NCBI GenBank assembly: GCA_050015475.1
Contig: JBEKBI010000003.1
Location: forward strand, 32,109-96,108
DNA from: Acidimicrobiales bacterium
Lineage (GTDB): Bacteria > Actinomycetota > Acidimicrobiia > Acidimicrobiales > Bog-793
Reading direction: 5' to 3'
DNA: 64,000 bases
Of the stretch, positions 37,155 through 45,501 are shown in pieces (position 1 is the first letter of the stretch; every line of letters starts with the position of its first letter). The position numbers and the translations under genes are program-made. The notes below the pieces were generated by a model. It searched no databases. It was given only the letters and a program-made list of their open reading frames with translations, and had not been told where the DNA came from.

Positions 37155-38151
37155 GCCCCCCAGCCGCCTCGATACCCTGGATCAGCCCATCAGTCCACAG
37201 GCGACCAACCCATGGGTCGATCGCCTGTTTCACCTGGTGGCGCGTGGGATAGCCACTGTTGTACTCGTCATCTTCGGGTCGATCGGGATCTTCCTCGCTT
37301 ACCAGTCGATACCGACATTCCGTCGCTACGGCCTGTCGTTCCTGACGCAGTCCCAGTGGAACCCGGAGCTGGACAAGGTGGGGATTTCGTCCACGCTCCT
37401 CGGCACCGTGGAGGTGGCGCTCGTCGCTCTCGTCGTGGCCTTCCCGATCGCGCTGGCCACGGCGCTGTTCATAAGCGAGTACGCCCCGCTGCGGATCAAG
37501 GGCTTTCTCGTGGCCCTGGTCGATCTAATGGCGGCCGTCCCGAGCGTGATCTACGGCGCGTGGGGCTTCTTCCTCCTCATGCCCCACGCCTCGCTCTCTT
37601 CCCGCTTCATCAGCCAGTACTTCAGCTGGATCCCGATCTTCAGGGTCGACACCAACCCGGCGGCCGCAGTCTGGGCCCAGTCGCGCTTTGTCAACTCGGC
37701 GTTCATAGCTGGGCTGTGCGTGTCGCTGATGGTGATACCCATCACCTGCTCGGTCATGCGAGGCGTCTTCGCGGAGGCTCCCCCGGGCGAGCGTGAGGCC
37801 GCATACGCCCTGGGCTCGACCAAGTGGGGGATGATCAGAGCCGTGGTGCTGCCCTTCGGGCGAGGCGGCATCATCGGCGGCACGATGTTGGGACTGGGCC
37901 GCGCGCTCGGAGAGACCATCGCCGTGCTTTTCATCATCTCCCTGACCTTCAACGTCAACTTCCACATCCTTCAGAACGGCACAGCCACCATCTCCGCTCT
38001 GATCGCCAACGACTTCGGAGAATCGACCAGCGCTCAGCTCGCGGCGCTCCTCACCGCCGGGCTTGTCCTTTTCGTCATGACACTCGGCGTCAACACGATC
38101 GCCGCCGTCTTCATCACCCGCAGCCGAAGCGGCGCGGCGACCGAGATCTAG
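37138..38151 (+). CDS. pstC: Phosphate ABC transporter permease
   Basis: 'EYAP.R.K..L....[15 protein letters not shown]' and '[40 protein letters not shown]'. ATG at 37138 overlaps the pstB end by 17 nt. Confidence 0.9.
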   Translation: MAASAEPPSRLDTLDQPISPQATNPWVDRLFHLVARGIATVVLVIFGSIGIFLAYQSIPTFRRYGLSFLTQSQWNPELDKVGISSTLLGTVEVALVALVVAFPIALATALFISEYAPLRIKGFLVALVDLMAAVPSVIYGAWGFFLLMPHASLSSRFISQYFSWIPIFRVDTNPAAAVWAQSRFVNSAFIAGLCVSLMVIPITCSVMRGVFAEAPPGEREAAYALGSTKWGMIRAVVLPFGRGGIIGGTMLGLGRALGETIAVLFIISLTFNVNFHILQNGTATISALIANDFGESTSAQLAALLTAGLVLFVMTLGVNTIAAVFITRSRSGAATEI

Positions 38152-38160
38152 TCGTGTCTG

Positions 38161-39318
38161 ATGGCTACTGACGTCGTGCCTGCAACCCTCGACCCCACTG
38201 CGCTCGCGCAGTTCGAGCCTCCGGCCGTTGCCGGAGCGCCCGTACCCGTCCCCGACGAGGATGTGCCGACCCCGCTCCACCGCGTGGCCTTGGAGGACGT
38301 TTACGCGGTAGTCGGATCGTTGGTGGGATCCTTTGGACTCGTCTGGTTGGTGTTCTCCTATGTCCTTCCGCTGAGTGGCACGGTCGGCTTCGTGCTGTGT
38401 TGGGATGCCGCCTTCCTCGCCATGTACGCCGGTGTCACCGCCCTCAGCCATCCACGCCCAGTTGTGGTGAGCAGGGTAATGGCCGCGGTCATCGTCGGGC
38501 TCGCGGTGCTCGTGGGTTTCGTCCTCATGACTGTTGTGGTCTACGTAGTGGCCCACGGCTACCACGCCGTAGCGCATCTCAACTTCTTCACCCAGTCGGC
38601 CTCGGCCGGTTCGCTGACGGGGACATTCAAGCAAGGCGGGATCTTTAACGCCCTGGTCGGCTCGCTGATCCAGGTGGGCGCCGCGATAGCCATCGCCCTT
38701 CCCCTGGGGATCGGCACAGCGGTGTTCATGACGGAGACGCGCGGCTGGTTCGTCAAGCTGGTACGGACCGTCGTTGAGGCCATGACAGCCGTCCCCGACC
38801 TCCTCGCCGGCTTGTTCATCTACGTCGTGTTTGTCCTGCCGTTTCACGGCAACTACCCGTGGGGGCACAAGAACGGATTCGCGGTCTCCTTGGCCCTGGC
38901 CGTCGCTGGCACGCCGATCATCGCCCGCTCGGCGGAGGTGGCGCTTCGCGTGGTGCCTGGAGGCTTGCGGGAAGCCGGTCTCGCTTTAGGTGCGTCGCAC
39001 TGGCACACTGTCCGTCGGATCGTGCTGCCCACTGCCCGGCCAGGACTGGCGACCGCATTGATCCTGGCCGTCGCCCGCATGATCGGCGAGAGCGCGCCTC
39101 TTTTGATCGTGTCCGGCTTTACGACCTTCTTCAACGGAAATCCGTTCGACGCCCAGCCGATGATCTCGTTGCCTCTCTACGTCTACGAGACCCTTCGCAG
39201 TGGGCAGCCGGTCGAGATCGTCCGAGGGTTCGGCGCAGCGTTCGTACTGCTGTTCATCGTCTTCATACTGTTCGCCGCCACGAGAGTGCTGGCGCGTCAG
39301 AGGGTGAGCGCCCGATGA
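38161..39318 (+). CDS. pstA: Phosphate ABC transporter permease
   Basis: 'REAGLALGASHWHTVRRIVLPTARPGLATALILAVARMIGESAPLL'. Has a long N-terminal extension with an extra TM region. Confidence 0.88.
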   Translation: MATDVVPATLDPTALAQFEPPAVAGAPVPVPDEDVPTPLHRVALEDVYAVVGSLVGSFGLVWLVFSYVLPLSGTVGFVLCWDAAFLAMYAGVTALSHPRPVVVSRVMAAVIVGLAVLVGFVLMTVVVYVVAHGYHAVAHLNFFTQSASAGSLTGTFKQGGIFNALVGSLIQVGAAIAIALPLGIGTAVFMTETRGWFVKLVRTVVEAMTAVPDLLAGLFIYVVFVLPFHGNYPWGHKNGFAVSLALAVAGTPIIARSAEVALRVVPGGLREAGLALGASHWHTVRRIVLPTARPGLATALILAVARMIGESAPLLIVSGFTTFFNGNPFDAQPMISLPLYVYETLRSGQPVEIVRGFGAAFVLLFIVFILFAATRVLARQRVSAR

Positions 39319-39448
39319 GCTTCGCCACGCTTTGCGCCCGCTGGTGGAGACCGCGGGTATGTCCGCGTGCATCACGTGTCGACGGGCCCGTCACCGGAGG
39401 TGCGCCGACCGTCGGAGCGAACCACTCGAGCCGCAGAGGAGAATTGTC

Positions 39449-41200
39449 GTGAGAACGAGATCTCGGACGCGACGAGGCGGCGCCTGGGCGCGGATAAGCC
39501 GCGCCGGCGCGGCGGTCGCTGTTGCAAGCATCGTCGCTTTGATCGTGTCCCCGCCCGTGGGCGCTGAAAGCGGGTACGAGCAAATCGACGGGTCCGGCTC
39601 GAGCTGGGCCGCGCTGGCGGTGCAGCAGTGGGTCAGCGATGAGTCGAGCTCCATGCAGGTCGTCTATACACCCTCTGGTTCCGCACAGGGCAGGACCGAC
39701 TTCGCCAACGGCCAGAACGACTTTGCGGTCAGTGACATCGGCTACCAGGGGGAGAACAAGCAGACGGGCGTCAACGACTCCTCCAGCCGGCCGTACGCCT
39801 ACCTCCCGATAGTCGGCGGAGCCACGTCGTTTCCCTACAACATCGTCGTCGGAGGGCACCAGGTCGAGAACCTTCGCCTCTCGGGCCTGACGCTCGCCAA
39901 GATCTTCACCGACCAGATAACCAACTGGGACAATCCCGAGATCACCGCCGACAACAACGGCCACGCCCTTCCTTCCATCCCGATCATCCCGGTCATCCAC
40001 TCCGAGGGGGCCGGCACGACTTTCCAGTTCACCGACTATCTCAACACCGAGTACCCGCAACTGTGGCATCAGTTTTCGGGTTACACGTTTCCGGTCGAGT
40101 TCTGGCCCACAGGCCAGGGTTCCCAGGTCGCCGAGAACGGATCCGACGGGGTAATGGGGTTCATCGCCTCCGCCGCAGGTCAGGGATCGATCGGGTACGA
40201 CGAGTATGCCTACGCCATTGGCGCCAGTTTCCCCGTCGTGGCACTCGAGAACGCGGCTGGTTACTTCACCATGCCTGACGCCTATGACGCGGCTGTGTCA
40301 CTGACGCAGGCCCATATCAATTACGACAAGAATCCCGCTGACTGCTCCAGGCTGGGGTTCAGCACGTCACCCTGCTACCTGCTTGAGAAGCTGAACGACG
40401 TCTACACCTACACCGATCCCCGCACGTACCCGCTCTCGTCGTACTCGTACGAGATCATGCCCACGGCGCCGACGTGCTCCGGTCCGACCGCCAAGTGCGA
40501 CCCGACGATGAACACCGCCAAGCGCCAAACGCTCGCAGCTTTTGACGACTTCGCACTCTGCGCCGGGCAGGCGCAGATGGCGCCTATCGGCTACTCGCCC
40601 CTCCCGATCAACCTGGTGGAAGCGTCCTTCGCGCAGGTGACTCTGCTCCACACGGCCGACTCGGCCGTCGTCGTCTCCCAGCTCAACCCCGCTCACTGCG
40701 ACAACCCCACGTTCATAGCCGGCGAGCCCAGCGAGAACTACCTGGCGAAGATCGCCCCATACCCGCCGGCATGTGCCAAGGCGGGGCAAGGGCCGTGCCC
40801 CGGTCAGTACGCGCACAACGGAAACCCGATCGACGGCAAAGCAGCCGGAAACAGCGGCGGAACCGACTCAGGCGGCGGACACAACTCGGGTGGCGGGAAC
40901 AACTCGGGCAGCGGTAACAACTCGGGTGGCGGGAACAACTCGGGTGGCGGACACAACTCAAGCGGGGGAACCAAGGGCGGCGGCACAAAGGGCGGCGGCA
41001 CCAAGGGCGGCGGCACCACACCCCCGTCGACGGTGATTCCGCTGGCGGTGGCCACGGTCCTCACGGGGGACCACCCAGGTGGCCTTGGGTATATCGCGCT
41101 CGGCCTTGTCGTGACCGCCCTCCTCATCGTCGGGCTATTCGCCCCCTCCCTGAGGCGCTCCGCTCGCAAGCGACTGAAGCGACCGGGGCCGTCGACATGA
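39449..41200 (+). CDS. pstS: PstS-family phosphate-binding protein, atypical: signal peptide, enlarged PBP domain, Gly-rich repeat stalk, C-terminal TM anchor with basic tail
   Basis: GTG at 39449 follows GAGGAGAA. 'IDGSGSSWAALAV', 'YTPSGSAQGRTDFANGQNDFAVSD', 'LTLAKIFTDQITNWDNPEI', 'IHSEGAGTTFQFTDYL', 'GSIGYDEYAYA' are PstS hallmarks. No lipobox. C-terminus (GGGxNS)x5-(GGTKG)x3-...HPGGLGYIALGLVVTALLIVGLFAPSLRRSARKRLKR. Confidence 0.82.
   Translation: MRTRSRTRRGGAWARISRAGAAVAVASIVALIVSPPVGAESGYEQIDGSGSSWAALAVQQWVSDESSSMQVVYTPSGSAQGRTDFANGQNDFAVSDIGYQGENKQTGVNDSSSRPYAYLPIVGGATSFPYNIVVGGHQVENLRLSGLTLAKIFTDQITNWDNPEITADNNGHALPSIPIIPVIHSEGAGTTFQFTDYLNTEYPQLWHQFSGYTFPVEFWPTGQGSQVAENGSDGVMGFIASAAGQGSIGYDEYAYAIGASFPVVALENAAGYFTMPDAYDAAVSLTQAHINYDKNPADCSRLGFSTSPCYLLEKLNDVYTYTDPRTYPLSSYSYEIMPTAPTCSGPTAKCDPTMNTAKRQTLAAFDDFALCAGQAQMAPIGYSPLPINLVEASFAQVTLLHTADSAVVVSQLNPAHCDNPTFIAGEPSENYLAKIAPYPPACAKAGQGPCPGQYAHNGNPIDGKAAGNSGGTDSGGGHNSGGGNNSGSGNNSGGGNNSGGGHNSSGGTKGGGTKGGGTKGGGTTPPSTVIPLAVATVLTGDHPGGLGYIALGLVVTALLIVGLFAPSLRRSARKRLKRPGPST
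40871..41017 (+). repeat. Coding tandem repeats: 18-nt unit x5 (GGGHNS/GGGNNS) followed by 15-nt unit x3 (GGTKG)
   Basis: Read directly; lies inside the 3' part of the PstS-like gene. Confidence 0.85.
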
Positions 41201-43977
41201 GAGTTTCCATGCCGCGCCACCGCGTCGCACTATCCCGGATCGGGATGGCCTTGGCGGTGCTGCCCGTCCTCATGCTGACCGCCCTGCCGGCTCACGCTTC
41301 GGCCCCGAGCACAGCGTCATGCGGCGCCCGATCGGTCACGACCAACGGGACATCGTTCTCTGCTACGGAGACGCTTTGCAGGACGTTCTTCGACCAGGGG
41401 GTGGTCGACCGTCGGACGTTCACTGTGACGGTCTCCCAGACGACTAATCTGCGTAACGACCAGGTCATCACGGTTTCGTGGTCCGGCGCGCACCCGACAG
41501 GCGGCATCGTCTCGGCCGAGCAGTTCGCGGCCGCCGCCGAGCAGGAATACCCGGTCGTACTGATGGAGTGCCGAGGCGTCGACTCGCCGGACGTGCCGGC
41601 AGCAAGGCGCCTCTCTCAGGAGACATGCTGGACCGCCACGCCCGCAGAGCGGGTCGTCGCCACGCCGTCCCCTTACTCGATGTGGAGCTTGGACGGGGAC
41701 AATGCCGCCGACGGCGTATGCACACAGCGGTACTGCAACATGCCGATACCGATACCGTCCAACTGCGCCGGCGAGGTAGCACCTGGTCCCAACTACTGGC
41801 TCCCGTTCGACGCCGCTAACGGGACTGACTACGCCATCGGACCGGATGGCTGCGACGGCTCCCCGCCGGAGATGCTCGTTGGGGGCGAGGACCCGGACAT
41901 CATCCCCAGCGATACGACCTATGCCGAGACCGAGCTGAACGGGACCGGGTCGGCGAAGTTCACGATCATGACGTCCGAGACCAACGCCTCTTTGGGGTGC
42001 TCCCAGACCGTTCCCTGCTCGCTCGTAATCATCCCGATCGACGGGATCAACTGCAACGCGAACCCCCAAGTGAGCTCCCCCAACTACCAGTGCGAGTCTC
42101 TCGGAACCTTCCCGGCCGGATCCGTCAACACGGGGAGTAATCCGTACCCGCCTGCGCAGGCGGTCACCGGCGTCTACTGGTGGAGTGGCAGCAACTGGAA
42201 TCGCCGGATCTCCGTGCCACTCAGTTTCGCCACTCCCGCGAATGCATGCGCCAACAATGTGCAGGCTCCGCTTTTGTTCTACGGGTCTGAGGTGATGACC
42301 CTGCTCGCCGAGCAGTGGGACCCGGCTTTCTGCCTCAACTCCAAGCTGTTCAACGTCAACGTGGTCCAACTTCCCGAACCCGTCGCCAAGAACTCCCTGC
42401 AGCAGGGGTTCATCGAGGCTGCCATCCAAGGGGAGCCACCCCCGGTGCCGGCGGGGCAGAAATCGTTCTTCACCAAGCCCACCGTGCAGGCGCCTGTGGC
42501 GGTGAGCGGGTTCGCGATCGCCTATGTCATCGACAACGGGAATGGCTCCGCGTACACGCAACTCCGGCTCGACCCTCGCCTGTTGGCCAAGTTGATGACG
42601 GAGTCCTATTCCGGGACAACCGACGTGCAGGCCGACTGGCAGGTCACCGGCGAGGAGCTCGGATCAGCACCCGACGAGTGCCCGGCGAACTGCAACTCCG
42701 AGTACGCGGCGATGGCGAATAACCCGCAGAGCATCTTCGAGGATCCCGAGTTCCTCGCTCTCAATCCCGGGTTTCATGCCCCCAACGGCATACTGCGGGC
42801 GCCGGCCTCGACGTTGTTCAGCATTCTCTCCCAGTCGGACGTGATCTGGGCTCTCACCTCGTACATCAACGCCGATCCTGAGGCTCGAGCCTGGCTCAAC
42901 GGGAAGCCCGACCCATGGGGCATGGTGGTCAACCCGGCCTACAAGGGCATCAAATTGCCGGTCGACTCCTGGCCACTGCTCGACACGACGACCAATGGTC
43001 CGGAGTACACCGAGACCGGCAACCCGTTCTGCGTCGGAGCGCTCGGAAACGGCACTGCAAAGGTTCCCATTCGGCCGCTGATCGACAACCCCCAGGAGAA
43101 CCTGGGATACGTCGCCTACAACATGCAGTACTCGATCGCCGCGTCCCTTACCGCATGCAACGGCAACACCCTCACGCCCGAATACACGGAGCTTGGACCA
43201 GAGACGCTCGGCAACCGGTTCCTCCTCGGGCTGGTCTCACTGCCCGACGCGGACGAGTTCGACCTCGACACAGCAGCACTCCAGACCTACGCCAACCCGG
43301 AGCGTGAGACCAACGACGGGCCCCTATTCCCTGTGGGCCGTTCCTTCGTGTCCCCGACTCCGGCTTCGCTCGAGACGGCTGCGGCGTTGATGACGCCGGA
43401 CACCGCCGCGGGCACCTGGGTGCTTGCCTACAACGCTCTTCACAGCGACGCCAAGGCCAAAGGGGCTTACCCAGGCACGATGCTGCTTTCCGCCGACGTG
43501 CCTACGAAGGGTCTGCCTGCCAGCGACGCTGACGACTACGGCAAGTACCTGTCGTTTGCCGCCACAACCGGGCAAACACAGGGCTTCGCCGTCGGTCAGC
43601 TCCCGCACGGCTACGTGCCCATGACCTCGAGCGAGGCGGACTACACCAAGGCGGCCGCGGCCGACGTGGCAGCTCAGAACGGGAAGGTCCCGTCCTTGGC
43701 CGCTCAGCCTCCTTCCACGACCACCACCACTACCACCACCACGACCACCGTGGTCACGACCACCACATTGGCGCACGGGAGCTCCACCACCACCACCGTC
43801 GCTTCGGGGGGAACGACAACCACTACGACAACCCAGCCGGGGGATCTCGTCGGCGCGACTCTCGGTCTGGAGGCAGGGGTCGGTGGCCTCGCTCTGCCCC
43901 TGGCCCTGTTGGTGGCCCTTCTCGGAGGAGTGTGGACTGCCGGAATCATGCTGCGGCGGAGGCGGAGCCGGTCGTGA
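41197..43977 (+). CDS. 926-aa secreted, Cys-rich surface protein of unknown function (distal part possibly PBP/PstS-like), poly-Thr stalk, C-terminal TM anchor plus RRRRSRS
   Basis: ATG overlaps the pstS-like stop (ATGA). Signal peptide 'MALAVLPVLMLTALPAHASA'. Later segments ('LLFYGSEVMTLLAEQW', 'APVAVSGFAIAYVID...LRLDPRLLAKLMTESYSG', 'GAYPGTMLLSADVP') loosely resemble type-II PBP blocks. Tail ...TTTTTTTQPGDLVGATLGLEAGVGGLALPLALLVALLGGVWTAGIMLRRRRSRS. Confidence 0.75.
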   Translation: MRVSMPRHRVALSRIGMALAVLPVLMLTALPAHASAPSTASCGARSVTTNGTSFSATETLCRTFFDQGVVDRRTFTVTVSQTTNLRNDQVITVSWSGAHPTGGIVSAEQFAAAAEQEYPVVLMECRGVDSPDVPAARRLSQETCWTATPAERVVATPSPYSMWSLDGDNAADGVCTQRYCNMPIPIPSNCAGEVAPGPNYWLPFDAANGTDYAIGPDGCDGSPPEMLVGGEDPDIIPSDTTYAETELNGTGSAKFTIMTSETNASLGCSQTVPCSLVIIPIDGINCNANPQVSSPNYQCESLGTFPAGSVNTGSNPYPPAQAVTGVYWWSGSNWNRRISVPLSFATPANACANNVQAPLLFYGSEVMTLLAEQWDPAFCLNSKLFNVNVVQLPEPVAKNSLQQGFIEAAIQGEPPPVPAGQKSFFTKPTVQAPVAVSGFAIAYVIDNGNGSAYTQLRLDPRLLAKLMTESYSGTTDVQADWQVTGEELGSAPDECPANCNSEYAAMANNPQSIFEDPEFLALNPGFHAPNGILRAPASTLFSILSQSDVIWALTSYINADPEARAWLNGKPDPWGMVVNPAYKGIKLPVDSWPLLDTTTNGPEYTETGNPFCVGALGNGTAKVPIRPLIDNPQENLGYVAYNMQYSIAASLTACNGNTLTPEYTELGPETLGNRFLLGLVSLPDADEFDLDTAALQTYANPERETNDGPLFPVGRSFVSPTPASLETAAALMTPDTAAGTWVLAYNALHSDAKAKGAYPGTMLLSADVPTKGLPASDADDYGKYLSFAATTGQTQGFAVGQLPHGYVPMTSSEADYTKAAAADVAAQNGKVPSLAAQPPSTTTTTTTTTTTVVTTTTLAHGSSTTTTVASGGTTTTTTTQPGDLVGATLGLEAGVGGLALPLALLVALLGGVWTAGIMLRRRRSRS
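43717..43833 (+). repeat. Coding low-complexity poly-Thr tract (acc/acg runs)
   Basis: PPSTTTTTTTTTTTVVTTTTLAHGSSTTTTVASGGTTTTTTT, read from the sequence. Confidence 0.85.
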
Positions 43978-44936
43978 CAGTGATCGACGCCGACGCTTTC
44001 GACCTCGTCATCGACCGGTCCGATGGTGCTCGGTCCCCCACCCCCGAGACATCGGCCCCGGCTGCTCCGGCGAGCGTATCGAGCAGGCGGAACGCGCGGG
44101 CGATCGCTCGCGGTGTGGCAGTCGCGATACCGACCGTCCTCGCCGTGCTCGCGTTGTGGTTCCTGGCGTACGGGTTTGTCCTGAGCGGCGTCGAGCAACA
44201 TGTGTCCCAATCCCGCCTCTACGACGAGTTCCGTTTGGAGTTGGCGGCAGAAACGGCACCCCTGGCGGAGCCGGTGCAGGTCGGATCGCCGGTGGCCATC
44301 CTCAACGCCCCGTCGGCGGGGATCGACAACCTCATCGTGGTCGAAGGCACGACATCCCGACTTCTCATGTCCGGCCCCGGCCACCTGAGCGACACCCCGC
44401 TACCGGGGCAGGCTGGCACGTCGGAAATCCTCGGGCGCAGCGTCACATTCGGGGCCCCCTTCGGCCGCATCACTCAGATGTCCGTGGGCGATGTTGTCAC
44501 GGTGACCACAGGCCAGGGAGTCTTCCGTTACCGCGTCGAGGACATCCGCGAGCCGGGAAACCGGCTCCCTCCGCCGCTCCACGCCGACGGCTCCCGGCTC
44601 ACGCTGGTGACCTCGACGAGTGGAGGGTGGAGAAGCGGATGGGCTCCGACTCACACCGTGTATGTCGATGCCGTTCTCTCGGGAAAGGCCCAGCCGTTGC
44701 CCGCGGGGGTGCCGGCAACGGTTAGCCAAGCTTCGCTCCCGATGCACAGCGACCCGACTGCTGGTATCGCGCTCATCTTCTGGCTCGAGGGCCTTGTCCT
44801 TGCCTCTCTCGCCATCGGCTGGACGTGGGTTAGGTGGGGCCGGTTCGAGACATGGATTGTCGGAACGCCCGTGTTCATCGCGGTGCTGTGGGGGACGACC
44901 GAAGCCCTCATGCGGTTCCTGCCGAACCTGTTGTAG
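43974..44936 (+). CDS. Sortase-fold membrane protein (class E-like architecture) lacking the catalytic Cys and His: candidate pseudo-sortase or non-canonical enzyme
   Basis: GTG overlaps the upstream stop (GTGA) and follows GGAG. N-terminal TM helix, then 'NLIVVEGTTSRLLMSGPGHLSDTPLPGQAGTSEILGRSVTFGAPFGRITQMSVGDVVTVTTGQGVFRYRV...RLTLVTSTSGGW'. This matches sortase blocks, but AGHR is LGRS and TLxTC is TLVTS. The 320-aa protein has zero Cys. Two C-terminal TM helices. Confidence 0.6.
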   Translation: MTVIDADAFDLVIDRSDGARSPTPETSAPAAPASVSSRRNARAIARGVAVAIPTVLAVLALWFLAYGFVLSGVEQHVSQSRLYDEFRLELAAETAPLAEPVQVGSPVAILNAPSAGIDNLIVVEGTTSRLLMSGPGHLSDTPLPGQAGTSEILGRSVTFGAPFGRITQMSVGDVVTVTTGQGVFRYRVEDIREPGNRLPPPLHADGSRLTLVTSTSGGWRSGWAPTHTVYVDAVLSGKAQPLPAGVPATVSQASLPMHSDPTAGIALIFWLEGLVLASLAIGWTWVRWGRFETWIVGTPVFIAVLWGTTEALMRFLPNLL

Positions 44937-44943
44937 GCGACCG

Positions 44944-44972
44944 GCCTGGGCGTCACCGTCTCGAGCCCAGGC
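44944..44972. terminator. Hairpin between convergent operons (8-bp perfect stem gcctgggc/gcccaggc, 13-nt loop)
   Basis: Read directly. Begins 8 nt after the sortase-like stop. No clear U-tract. Confidence 0.35.
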
Positions 44973-45140
44973 ACGGAGTTGGTCGCCTCATCACACTCCT
45001 GGACTCAGCCCGGTCAACCGGGAATCACCGCCTCCTGTGCGCCTCGCCGAGGGAGCGGATCCGGCGTCACCCGCCGGCTGCCCGTTCGACATCGGGCAAC
45101 AGATCTCGAAGATAAGCGAGTGCTGGGGCGCCGCGTCTCG

Positions 45141-45440
45141 TCAGACCTGGCGGACGTGGCAAGGATGAATCGTGAAGTCGAAGACGCCTTTCACGGCAAA
45201 GCAGACGGGAACCAGCCGCCTGGCAAGCAGCGACAGGATCCATGCTCGAAAGAACCGTTGGGCGATCTCCAGACGTGCGAACTCCACGACCATGAGAGAT
45301 GCCACGAAAATTGCCACACCAGCTGCACGGTCGGCCTCGATGCCGAACGGGAGCGCCGTGAGGGCCTGGGTGCTGCAGATGGCGTACGCGCTGGGCAACC
45401 GGCGGACCGGTCCGCGCCTCAGCGGCGTATGAAGCGCCAT
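45141..45440 (-). CDS. Possible small membrane protein (about 99 aa), function unknown
   Basis: MALHTPLRRG...ALTALPFGIEADRAAGVAIFVASLMVVEFARLEIAQRFFRAWILSLLARRLVPVCFAV. Locally lower GC. No obvious SD. Last gene position of the minus-strand surface operon. Confidence 0.35.
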   Translation of the reverse strand: MALHTPLRRGPVRRLPSAYAICSTQALTALPFGIEADRAAGVAIFVASLMVVEFARLEIAQRFFRAWILSLLARRLVPVCFAVKGVFDFTIHPCHVRQV

Positions 45441-45501
45441 CCGGAACTGGCGTCGACTCGAGCCGGGGCCAATCGAATCTCGCCGGCTGAACGCCCGGGC
45501 G

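Noticed and set aside
37525-38868. 447-aa minus-strand ORF across pstC/pstA
   Set aside because: It is antisense to canonical PstC/PstA permease motifs. The product is charged and low-complexity and spans a gene boundary on the other strand.
40871-41017. Short regularly spaced repeats that could mimic a CRISPR array (also 43717-43833 and 17171-17240)
   Set aside because: The units are contiguous (no spacers), 15-18 nt long, in frame, and encode Gly-, Thr- or Ser-rich linkers inside well-supported genes. No cas genes are present.
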